Shown here: positions 45,671 through 56,821 of the stretch, piece after piece
Layout of the letters: each line of letters opens with the position of its first letter
Numbering within the stretch: the stretch's first letter is position 1
Origin: Flectonema sp. DT1601
Lineage: Eukaryota
NCBI GenBank assembly: GCA_964019425.1
Contig: OZ025791.1
Location: 992,001 to 1,056,000 of the forward strand
Reading direction: 5' to 3'
DNA length: 64,000 bases
The notes under the pieces: model-generated
Told to the model about the DNA's origin: nothing
What the model saw: only the letters and a program-made list of their open reading frames with translations
Databases searched by the model: none
Program-made: the position numbers and the translations under genes

Positions 45671-47068
45671 CTATCGTGCCCGTACAGCACTGGGCATGTA
45701 ATCCCAAAATAGTTTGTAGCTGGAAGACTCGGATTCTGCGGATTTCCAGTTTCGAGTTTTGTGGCAATCAACTGCGGTATCAACACGGATAGTATCCATA
45801 ATAATTGCATGAGCTTTTAAACGAGAAGCCTGTGTTTGAATATATCCCGTTATATCAGATGGTGATGGAGTAAGTAAAGAAGGATGTTCTACTACAGTTG
45901 GTGAACTTCTATCAATGGCAGTAGCAGAACCCTTGAAAAGACGAACAGTCACACAGCCGTCAATAACTTCTTGAGATTTTTTAACAGCTGCTTGAATGAA
46001 GTCCATTTCAGGACTGAACCAAAAACCATTATAAACTAATTCTGAGAATTTTGGAGTAAACATTTCTCTGATATTCATAACTTCTTTATCCATTGCGATA
46101 CCTTCGATGTCTTGGTGAGCAGACATTAGAATTTCACCAGCTGGACATTCAAGTAATCTCCTGCTCTTGATACCAATAAACTTATTGTCCACGATATCGA
46201 TTCTACCTATTCCATGTTTCGATCCCAAATCAGACAACAATTTGAAGATAGAGACGATTTCAGTCTCATGATCATCTGTGGTGATTCCTTTAACTTCAAC
46301 AGGACGACCATCTTTAAAAGTTATTATAATTTTGTCAGGTGATTCTGCTGTTCGAATAGGGTCAGCGATTCCCCATGCATGAGCTTTTGCAGGCTTGTGA
46401 GGATCAGTCAGATCACCTCCCCATTTACAAGAAGCGTACATGTTTGAATCTTCTGAACCACTGTGAGGTACATGTGGCATATCAGGTAAACTGTGTGACT
46501 TGCACCATTCTATTATTGTTTCCCTGCTTTCACAGATTTGGCGAAATTCCGGATCCCTGCATGGAGCTATCACGTTAACTTGAGGGTACAAAGCCGCATA
46601 GGTAAGTTCAAAGTGACATTGATCATTACCCAAACCACTACATCCATGAGAAACACTTCCGTATCCTTCTTTTTGAGCGATCTGAACTTGCTTTCTCGCT
46701 ATTACAAATCTCGACAAGGCTGTTCCCAACAAATCCCTTCCCTCGTAACAGGCGTTGGCTTGCAGTGTGGGTACTACGAAGTCCTGTAAGAATTCTGAGC
46801 GCATGTCCTCAATGTAGACGTCTGATGCACCAATGCCAATAGCTAGTTTTCGGATTTCTTCGAAGTCACACTCTTGTCCAAGGAAGGAAAACAGTACTGA
46901 CACTTCATAGCCTTTTAATAGTAACCATTTTAAAGCGATTACTCCCAGTAGCCCTCCACTGAAGCTGAGAAGAACCCGCTTATCGTCGATGTCGCATTCG
47001 TGAACTGACTGTCCTCGTTGCGGACTCGAATCAGGTGACACCATACTACCATGAAGATCGTATTCCAT
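45671..47068 (-). CDS. ASS1: Argininosuccinate synthase homologue with substituted active-site residues
   Basis: Colinear with ASS along its length: SGG, ARKQVQIAQKEG, GNDQ.FE, KHGIGRIDIV.N.FIG.KSR and ELVYNGFWFSPE. Confidence 0.9.
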   Translation of the reverse strand: MEYDLHGSMVSPDSSPQRGQSVHECDIDDKRVLLSFSGGLLGVIALKWLLLKGYEVSVLFSFLGQECDFEEIRKLAIGIGASDVYIEDMRSEFLQDFVVPTLQANACYEGRDLLGTALSRFVIARKQVQIAQKEGYGSVSHGCSGLGNDQCHFELTYAALYPQVNVIAPCRDPEFRQICESRETIIEWCKSHSLPDMPHVPHSGSEDSNMYASCKWGGDLTDPHKPAKAHAWGIADPIRTAESPDKIIITFKDGRPVEVKGITTDDHETEIVSIFKLLSDLGSKHGIGRIDIVDNKFIGIKSRRLLECPAGEILMSAHQDIEGIAMDKEVMNIREMFTPKFSELVYNGFWFSPEMDFIQAAVKKSQEVIDGCVTVRLFKGSATAIDRSSPTVVEHPSLLTPSPSDITGYIQTQASRLKAHAIIMDTIRVDTAVDCHKTRNWKSAESESSSYKLFWDYMPSAVRAR

Positions 47069-47593
47069 TTTGTGTGTAGTTAGTAATGTGTCACTGAGAA
47101 GTGTAAATAAAGGTTTCTATTTACCGCATGTATTCTATTGCTTGTGTTGACTTGAATTAGAAAGAATAATTAAAATTTTACATCAATCAAATTGCTGTAC
47201 TCATCAGTAGATAATTGTTCCACAAACAAAGTGTAAATAAGAGAAGCTTTTTGTTGTTGCTGTTGTTGTTTTTGTTTTCCTTCTTTCCTTTCTTTTTGAT
47301 CAATGGTTAGGTGAGAGTAATATTAATTTTTTTTTATGTACCTTTTTTTTTTTTTTTTTTTTTTTTTTGAATAGAACAAGGCAGTATTAACTAACCCATC
47401 GTCTATAAATAGCGAACAAGTTATCATAAAATAACATAATACAACCAATCCATAAATCACAAGGACACGTCTCAGATCCAACACAACTTCTGCTTTCAAA
47501 GAAGAGTTATTTCTCAGGTAACTAGAAAAACAAATTTAGGCAGGCAGACTTATAAAACGATGGATAAATAGATAAAGAAATCTATACATTACT

Positions 47594-47721
47594 TATTGCG
47601 CATCATTGATGCAAGCAAAATAACGCAAGTAGACCCAATCCTGATAAGAGTGGTATGGTATAGGCTAGGCTAACAGTGGGTGTATACTGAACACAGTATG
47701 CTATTGTCAGCTTTCCACCTT
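47594..47721. repeat. Dispersed non-coding repeat, copy 1
   Basis: Shares ordered blocks (acgcaa.tagacccaatcctgata; cacagtatgc; tttccacctt) with 61503-61664. Confidence 0.7.
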
Positions 47722-50700
47722 AGACAGAATGATACAAACTTAAGGAGAAAACAACAAGATGAACAGAACAGAACCACAGCAATAAGGTTAAACAAGAGGG
47801 TACCTAATACTTTTCTACAAGTAAGTTTTTTGAGAAAAATAGGTAAAGAAGTCGAAAAAAAAAGAATTATTTCATGCTTAATCAAGTTGTTTTTTTTTTG
47901 TTTTTGTTTTTACATTAAATGTGTAAAGATAACAAAAAAAAAAGGAAAGTTAAGAGAAAACATGTTAGTGAAAAAGAAATACTTTTACGAACGTGATGCA
48001 CAAAAGTAGGAAATTAAAATTTCAAATAAGATCAAAAGACAAAATTACATGTTTGCATTCGAATGAAAAAACTTTTCCAACATCTGAATCGATGAGAGAA
48101 GACAATCCGTATCAAATCTCCCACAGAAAAGATTGTACTGTGAGATATTAATTTCCAATCACAATTCATCTGCCAGAAATGATACTATGCTTTTATGATG
48201 AAGACAGAGATGGATGCTCACCCTGGCAACTGCAAAAAGCGGACGTACAAATAAATAAAAGAACGAAAGAGTAATGCGTGCCATAGTTGGTTGCTACAAA
48301 TATTGTGGTTTTAAAAGATTTTAAAAGTGTTGTTGCCAACGATAACAAAACCCAATCACAGTGAGCCGCCACGTCGATAGGCAGTTCAGAAGCGCCTTGA
48401 GAGTAATTATTACGATAAACAAACTAAAAAGATTCATCACAGCACCTCAGAAAACCGAAAGTGGAAAATGCTCTCACCTTGCCCAAGAGACTAACAAATT
48501 GAAACAACTAAAGAAAATAAAAGAGAAGTTAGTTAGTTAGTTAGTTAGAGAAACGATCTGGGAGTGGAGGAAAGGGAAAAAAAATAAAAAATCTTTTTTA
48601 CCCATATAAAGCATCTTTCTTTATAAGACAAGATGACTGTTGGGGTAGGAACGGATTACTCAAAAAAAAAAAATAAATAAATAAATATGATTGAGCCTTT
48701 GATCTTGTTCGGTAATTCCTGAGGGGTGAAGTATAATGGGAGGGTTAAAGAATCACTTGCATAGGGCTTGGCGCTGCTAGTCGGAAATCGGAAAAAACCC
48801 TTTACGAACACACACAAAACGTTTTTGCTTTTTCGCAGTCGCTGAAACCGATTTAACCTAAAAGTAAGAAATTGGTTTGGATTAGTTTCAGCGACGCAAC
48901 TAGAGAAAAGGAAAAGGGAGAAAAACACGGAGGGGAAAACGGGGAACGGAATTGCGAACTGTGATCTATCGGGTCAATCATATTTCCTACCATACAAAAA
49001 AGTGTGGATGCAAAAAAAAAAAGCCGTTTGACTAAAAGAAAGGAAAAGGGAGAAAAAGAAAAACTTAGACCCCATGTACGTCTGCTTTGTTCGGCAACAA
49101 GCGACCTGACCACACGGGAGATTTAAGTCACTTTTTTTATCATTCATCAATGGCATGATGTTACATTTAGGAAACTACTATAAAATTCAAGACAATCGAA
49201 GAAGAAAGTCTTTTTACTGATTAGCCAGTACACATATGCCAATGTATTCTGGGAAAGGGGATAGATAATTGACGATGATATAATCAAATCCAATTCGGTT
49301 GGTTTTGCGCAAAACCACATGAGAGAGTGAGGAAGGTCGAAGGATGCGAATATTGTGAAGAAATCCGCCAAATATTCAGCGTAAAAAAGACGCTAAACCA
49401 GACACATTGTGTAAAAACAACTGCAATACATACTAATAACAAAACTATAATTTGACATTTGTCAAAGATACCATAACATGAGATGGTACTTTAAACTTAC
49501 CCCTAGATAGCTAGCAAGCAAAACTGATGACCGGGTCTGGGTAACCCAATCACGGAGATTGTGTTATAAGCTTCGGCGTTGCCCAGAGACTAACAGGTTG
49601 AAAACAAAAAGAAAGAAATGACCAAAAGAGAGTTGAGAAAGTAGTAATAAATAAATTATCTTTTCTATTGAAGAACTATTATTCTATAAAATAAAAACCT
49701 TTCTTCCAAATAATCACGTGTGTTTGACGCCGCCATACCACGAAGGAAAACAAAAAAAAAAAAAAAAAACTGGGCCCGTTCACCCCTATCAATCTCAAAG
49801 CATAAGGGGCCTACCGAAGGCTTTAAAAAAAGTATCACAAAAATTGGGCAACACGAATAATTATACCCATCTGTGAGGAACAGAATCAAAAGCTCAAATG
49901 AAAACAGTCAGCTTTAGGTCATAACTGTTGTGGACCAAGATAATTACAAGTATTAAATAATGGGAGTGACAAGAAGAGAGAGAATACAGGACGGTTTAAA
50001 TGAAAGAAACAAAGCAGGCAAGTTCCTTGTAAAAGCAAACTGCTACTTGGACGACACTTCCACTAACACAATGAAGAAATTAAGTTTTTTTTGTTTTTTT
50101 TTTGGCTTGGTTGCCTTGAGTGATTTGCCTATTACAAAAGAGAAGATAGACTAAATATCTACAACATATCGGGTCACAAAGAAAACATGGCTTCCACAAG
50201 TTTGAGCTTTCAACTTTAGGTGTTGGAGTCAGAAAGCCACTACAAAATAAAGTAGTCTCGTGGGATACAAATCGCCTCGCAAGAGCGGATGATCTTTTCA
50301 TCCCGCTGTGGTTTATGCTGGAATATTTTGAGGCTAAAGAACACATTGCACAATAACAGAATATATATCCCACGTGTCCTCTGCTATAAAAGGTAATTCG
50401 CTACATCAGTGCCGCGATGTAGTGCATTATAATTCAAAAAGGGTATAACGTCTGTTCTTTCCTTGCAATCAGTTCTGCGGTTGGTAAGCAGCTATTAAAG
50501 AAAAAACGGGTAAAACGAGAATTAAAAAGTTTGCCACTTCATTTTGAAACGGATGCACTAGCGGTGTGGGGGGTGAACCTTTGACAGGTTTTTTCCTTTT
50601 TTTTTTGTATAAACAACTGCGTGTGATTCAACAAAGTTGGGTAACCTGAATTTACAATTAGATTTTGTGTGATTCAAATTCCGAAATTGAGAATGGAATA

Positions 50701-51130
50701 TGAAAGAAAAGTTTAAAACACAACACAAAAAAAAGCAAACAAGGAGCGTACCAGAAAAAAATAAACAACAGAAATGTGATATCCGTGCAAAAGAAATACA
50801 TTGGGAATCACAAAAGACCTTTTTAATGCCCAAGAATTGATCCAAGGAATGAAGAAAAGCCTGGCTATAAACTAAAGAAGTGCGTATTGAGATATAAGAA
50901 AAGAAACAGTCTTCTGTAAACCCTGCCTTGCTTCACACAGCACGGATGAATAATAAAAGAAATGAGGAGAGAGAAATAAACGTAAATAAGCTGCGGATAC
51001 GAGTACAAGAAGCCAACAGAATCAGCGGGAACAAATAGAAAAGTAATAATTGAGAACGATGCCTCGTAGACTGCACAGTGAGAGGACTTCTTTGTCCATC
51101 TCCTGTTAGCAGAAGTTTCAATTTCTTTTC

Positions 51131-51335
51131 GTTTTGTTTTGTTTTGTTTTGTTTTGTTTTGTTTTGTTTTGTTTTGTTTTGTTTTGTTTTGTTTTGTTTT
51201 GTTTTGTTTTGTTTTGTTTTGTTTTGTTTTGTTTTGTTTTGTTTTGTTTTGTTTTGTTTTGTTTTGTTTTGTTTTGTTTTGTTTTGTTTTGTTTTGTTTT
51301 GTTTTGTTTTGTTTTGTTTTGTTTTGTTTTGTTTT
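51131..51335. repeat. Perfect (GTTTT)41 microsatellite
   Basis: 205 bp of uninterrupted GTTTT. Confidence 0.97.
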
Positions 51336-51550
51336 GTTATATTTTTTTCCCCCTTCCTTTTCCTTTTTCAATTCTTCCCTATTGGTTAGCGGCTTTCTCC
51401 CCTCGTAAAAAAGAACCCTGCGCTAAGAAAAACTAACAAAAAAAACGAAAAAAGAAAAAAAGAGAGAATGATTCATTTTTTTATTTTATTTTTTTTTTTT
51501 GTTTTTTAAAAAAGGAAATTCCGAAGTTTTAGGGTAACTATTTTTTTCTT

Positions 51551-53542
51551 TTATTTCGTACTTAATTTCGAACGATTTCGCATAAATGAGCACATCATAG
51601 GTATTCCTATTGCAGTCGCAACACCCCCAACTAATACTGCGATTATCAAGATCACTACTAAGGGTGTTTTTATCTTCGCTGACGAATCAGGAGTGGTTTT
51701 TTGATTAACAAATATCTTCCAACACTGAAATGTTAATACCATACTAGTTACCTGTGCATTAGATGATGCAGAGATGTTCGCATAATTTAGAGGAACAGCT
51801 AAGTTAGAGTAAAGCAATGTTTCAGTCTCTTCATCAAAGATATGAAACTCTAAATCATTTTCTCTGATATCTCTGATCGCGTAGTCTACTAGGCTTGTGA
51901 TGTCATAGTCACCGATAACATAACCAACTGTGGTGTTGTTTAGCACAGCAGGTGTTGTTAGCAAGACGGCATCCTTAAGACCCTCATCTGAAGGTAGTGA
52001 CATAGGACTTATTGACACCGCTGACAAAGAGTCCTCAGTTTGTTGAATACTACGAAGGTGTTGTTCGGAAGACCCAAAATCAAACCCAAGTAACATAGCA
52101 TTAGACTCGAAGGGTTCCACATATATTATTGGATAGAAGAATGATGTGTTGTATGGACGAATTTCTCCAGTCAAATTAAAAAACTTGACATCGAGAGGAT
52201 CTCGTGAGATAGCCTCCCATCGAAATTTATACTCCAGTTCGACAACACTTTCGATATTTTCCCTGTCGACTGAGCATAATTTCGGTAGCCAACACAGTCT
52301 TTTCAGATATGTGGATCTCTGGTTTTTAAGTGTGTTAAAGGCGAGTAGAAAGTCATCAGCAGAAACGGTAACAGCAAAATCCCGCGCGATGTCAGCTGTC
52401 TCAAGGTTTATTTCTGTTAATAGGTTTGATATAGCAGATGCGATTTGATCACCGCTGCTCCCATGATAGTGTGAACTGTCATTGTTAATAACCAGGTACC
52501 CAAATATAATAACAGATATAACTAAGCTGACGGCTCCTATTGAGAGAACGCGTGTTGCTACGTGCAGTTGATTTGAGTGTTTCTTTTTGGTAATCCTGTC
52601 AACCACCTGTTCTATCTCCTCATGATCCTCAACATCATCACATGGAATAGGAGGATTTCGTCTCTGCAATGGGTTAGCAGGTCGAGGAGACTGACTACAG
52701 TCAGCCTCAACAGATGTTCTTCTAGTAGTAATCTCAATACTTGAGGCCCACGATATTTCATTAAGGCTATGCAACGGTTCAACATACGAACAATTTAAAG
52801 GAGGAGGCAAACAACCATCAAATGGTGTACGAAGGCTGTCATAAGTAGTTGAATGACCAAGGGCATACATCTGTGAATGTGGACTTGGAACAGTGTCTGT
52901 TGAGCATCTTTCAGCCAGACCTGGGGAATTAGTTGATTGAACAGAAGACATTGGTGACGGCAGCCACCTCTTTTCAAGAGGTGATCCACCTTCCAACTTG
53001 TTAGCACTTCGTGAAGATAAGTCTCTATGAATTTTCGTTCGAGGTCGTACATTGGTTGGTGATAACAGATCTTTCATTCTTTCGTCTTGTTTTGATTCTG
53101 AAGGTGGTGTTGTCAGAGAATCTCGCGAGGAATTGTTAATTGAGATCGTATTTGTGTAATCGCTCGTTAATTTCTTTTCACGATAAGTAATTTTAGATGT
53201 TGCTTCACTACCGATTATATTGCTGTTGGATTCTAAGGGTACGACACAAAGATTTGCAATGTACGGAGAAGAAGGAGCAGCCTTAGTAGTTTTACTGCTC
53301 CTAGAACTATCTATACTCCAAGATGAACTACCTGCTGTTTGATCATTTGTGTTTAGATAAATGTTTCTACTTTCTTCGTCGTTTTCTGAACAAGACGTGT
53401 CTATCTGGATATCAGAGTTTATAACTGATGTTTCAACATTGATTACATCTCTTTCAGTATTCTTCAATGAGAGTTTAAATGATGTTTGACTTGTAGAATC
53501 CTTCTTCAAATCCTCAGCAACAATCTCACCCGATAGTATCAT
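51551..53542 (-). CDS. CHASE-domain membrane protein with a long disordered N-terminus and no C-terminal output domain
   Basis: TM (VLSIGAVSLVISVIIFGYLVI), CHASE motif FYPIIYVEPFESNAMLLGFDFGS, then a second TM and a very short tail. Confidence 0.82.
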   Translation of the reverse strand: MILSGEIVAEDLKKDSTSQTSFKLSLKNTERDVINVETSVINSDIQIDTSCSENDEESRNIYLNTNDQTAGSSSWSIDSSRSSKTTKAAPSSPYIANLCVVPLESNSNIIGSEATSKITYREKKLTSDYTNTISINNSSRDSLTTPPSESKQDERMKDLLSPTNVRPRTKIHRDLSSRSANKLEGGSPLEKRWLPSPMSSVQSTNSPGLAERCSTDTVPSPHSQMYALGHSTTYDSLRTPFDGCLPPPLNCSYVEPLHSLNEISWASSIEITTRRTSVEADCSQSPRPANPLQRRNPPIPCDDVEDHEEIEQVVDRITKKKHSNQLHVATRVLSIGAVSLVISVIIFGYLVINNDSSHYHGSSGDQIASAISNLLTEINLETADIARDFAVTVSADDFLLAFNTLKNQRSTYLKRLCWLPKLCSVDRENIESVVELEYKFRWEAISRDPLDVKFFNLTGEIRPYNTSFFYPIIYVEPFESNAMLLGFDFGSSEQHLRSIQQTEDSLSAVSISPMSLPSDEGLKDAVLLTTPAVLNNTTVGYVIGDYDITSLVDYAIRDIRENDLEFHIFDEETETLLYSNLAVPLNYANISASSNAQVTSMVLTFQCWKIFVNQKTTPDSSAKIKTPLVVILIIAVLVGGVATAIGIPMMCSFMRNRSKLSTK

Positions 53543-54817
53543 TTCATTTTATTCCCTAAAATTGATAAAAATTAAATAACATTGATTTTTGGTTTCCTTT
53601 AGTTGAATATACGTTTACATCACTTCTGTTATTATTTTAATGTTAGACTGGTTTGTAAAATTACTATTATGATCTCCATCTTTATCTAAAATAGAAAGCA
53701 ACAAAGGCTAATAAAGAAGCAATAAAGCGCTCATAATCGCCTTTCTTTTAACCTGGGTGTTCTTTTATTATTATTTTTTTTTTTTTTTTTTTTGGGGAAG
53801 GGGGCGGGATTTAAACTAGTCTGTGACACATGCCTGCACATGTCACAGAAATCATAACATCACTCACTCTCTTTTTTTTTGTTTTTTGTTCTTTTTTTTT
53901 TTTGAATTCCTTTTTTTGTTGTTGTTTTTTTTTTTTTTTGAAGTTGTTTGTTAGCGGTCAGGTATACTACTTTAAGATACTACAAAACCTGCTGACATGC
54001 ACAAGCAAAAGATCTCCCAAAATCATTTACAACGGCAGGCCGTATTGAGCATCCCAAAGAATTAATTGAGAACAAAAGGTCTCAACCACAAACGCAGACT
54101 TACTAATAAAGATGATCGAACTCTTACTACATAAAGAAATAAGTTCCACCCGTGTGTACAGGCATCTGTAATAAAATAACAAGAGAAGGGCGTAAACCCT
54201 TTCTTTACTATGCAAACACATACGTTTGGGGACAGGGAGAGAAAAATAACAAAGAAAAAAAAAAAAAAAAGACTCCGTGTAGGGACACTACCTACACAGT
54301 AGGTATCGCAAGAGTGCAAAAGGTACATCGAGAGCTTTTTCAAACCAAGGCAACGTTTTCTGTAACAACCAAAGATGAAGTTCCTCTCAAGGTTTTTTTT
54401 ATAAACAAAAAAAAAAGGGGGGGGGAAGAGAAGAATAAACGAATAAATAGAAGAACTTATAGGGGGGAAAACGCGGCAATTTTTTTTGTCGACAGCGGGG
54501 TGTAACCATAATTACCATTCCTGCTTCAAGAACCCAAAGACATAAATCCAAGGAAGTTTACACAAGTGAAGATTGGAATGCAAAAGGGAAAGATGAGAGC
54601 CCGCTGTCTATACATATTAAAAAGAAAAGATGAAAAATAAATCAACACAGGTAAAAGCCATCACGGCGATTTGACTTCGGAAGATCAGGATTTCTTTTTC
54701 CATTGCCATGTCATTTTGATCTCATCAAGGTTTGGCTACGAGACGAGGAAACCAAAAAAAAAAAAAACAGCCAATCAATCGAAAAAGGTTTTGCTGCCAC
54801 AAGACCCAGATAACCAC

Positions 54818-54848
<31 letters not shown>

Positions 54849-56617
54849 CTTTCTTTTTTTTTTCCAGGATGCTAAAAAAAAAGACAACTAAAAATTCTCG
54901 CGACTGTGAGTCCTGTCCAAAAATTGTGCAAAGGACATTAACCCAATGCAAGGAAATGAGTAGACAGTAATTCAGTTCTATCCATCAAACAATCAGGGAT
55001 CAACATTACAATATTTTCTGTGATTGAAACTGTATCTGTTCAGAGGGCATATCACTGATCATAAATAAGGAAGGCAGTTGTCCCTACTAAATAATCAAAA
55101 CAACCTCTGATTTTACGTTTCCTTAACGCAAAGTGATTGATGTTCTTTTTATATCGCTATGAAATAATAAGAAAAAATAAAAAAAGAGGAAATACAGAAA
55201 GCTGAACTTGAGACTGGAGTTGCTGAAGGAAACAAAAAAAAAAAAAAAAAAAAAAAAAAATTAAATAAATAAATAAAGTAGGCAAGAAAAATAGCTTCTG
55301 CAACTGCAGGAGTTTCCAGCAATCAAAAAAAAAAAAACGGAGATGGAACTCTATTGATAATAAAAATAAAACAACTTGATTAAATCATAGTAATGCAACA
55401 GGTTGTAAGAAAAAAAATAATAATCTTTTTTTTTTTTTTTTCCTCCCCGCATATGAACAATTAACCAGATATAATGATTTCCTGAAAAGAGGGACACACA
55501 GGCTTCGAGGGGCTAGAAACATGTCACCTTTCTTTTTTTTTTTATTCCTTGAAATCTAGGAGAACTAAGAATTAATTTTAACTATCGCACATGTGCGAGA
55601 CTCACTGGAGAGAAGAGATCTCCGCGTGCAGATGACTACTCGTTTAAAAGTAGCAAAAAAAAAAAAAAAAAAAAAAAAAACTAAAACTAAAAAAAAAGGG
55701 GTGGGAAGGGGGGAATGATGGAGAGGGAGGCATTAGTAGTAGAAAGCTCTTACAGTAAGACAAAAGCGAGACTATTGAAACGAACAAAGTAACCGAAAAG
55801 AATAACAACAAATAAAAAAAAAGAAGGGGGGGGGAAAAAAAAAAACATAGACCAAACAATCATTTCGTCAACACGCCTATCGATCAGAGCGTATTATTCG
55901 ACAAAAGAGACCAGTGTCACAATAAACCTAAGCAGCATTACAATATAATGTATATTTTCCAAGGCAAACTCCGAAAACCTGTCGCAGTGGAGGCAAGGAT
56001 AGGAACATACTACCTGCTTATAAAAAGCCAACCAGAGCAGTTCCTCATAAGTCTGGTTGCTTAAGTATTTTTGTTTATCATAATTGTTTATTTGGTCTTC
56101 TAATATTGACGGAATAGAAAACGCATCGCACTAGCGAAACCTGTTCCTAAGTCTTTGTAGTTAGTACCCCAGGGAGCAGAATGATTTAGTGGCTAAAAGG
56201 AGATTGTAGGAACGATATGTTTCTTTTAGCATGAATGTCATTCCCCCTTACGCAAAAATTTCTGTGAGAAGAAGCCAGCTTGCTGGAAACCTCTCTCAGC
56301 GGACATCTCTAAACTAATAGAGAAGAATAACTAAAAGAAAACTGCAAAAACACCTCATATATCCAATGCAAAATAATTCACTTCTTTTCCATTTCCAGTA
56401 TCATCGCAGCAACGTAAGCGAAAGCTTCAGAGGCACAAATTCCTGTGAGTGCTGGAAAAAGGGCCCTTCGTCGAAATTACTACGAGTAAAAAAAAAAAGA
56501 GGAGAAAAAAAATAAAACCGAAAGTAGGAACAAAAGTACAGTCACACTGTGATAGAGAAAAAACAACTCAGCCAAACGTACAAAAATATAATTATTTTGT
56601 TGGGTTTAGGAATATTG

Positions 56618-56659
<42 letters not shown>

Positions 56660-56821
56660 CTTTTCACAATGAGCCACCAAGGAGTGGGATTTAATAGGAG
56701 GGGGGGGAAAATAAACACGCAGGAATACTGGAATGACAACCTCTTAAGTTGTTCGTTCAGAGAAAATCAATTAAGCAACTGTTGGGGATGCCAATAGGAG
56801 ACTTCAGGGTTGCAACTGCAA

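Noticed and set aside
48528..48548. (TTAG)n run resembling a telomeric repeat
   Set aside because: Only about 5 units and not TTAGGG; an ordinary microsatellite.
50865..51436. ORFs with KTKQN / FCFVL repeats
   Set aside because: Translations of the (GTTTT)n microsatellite.
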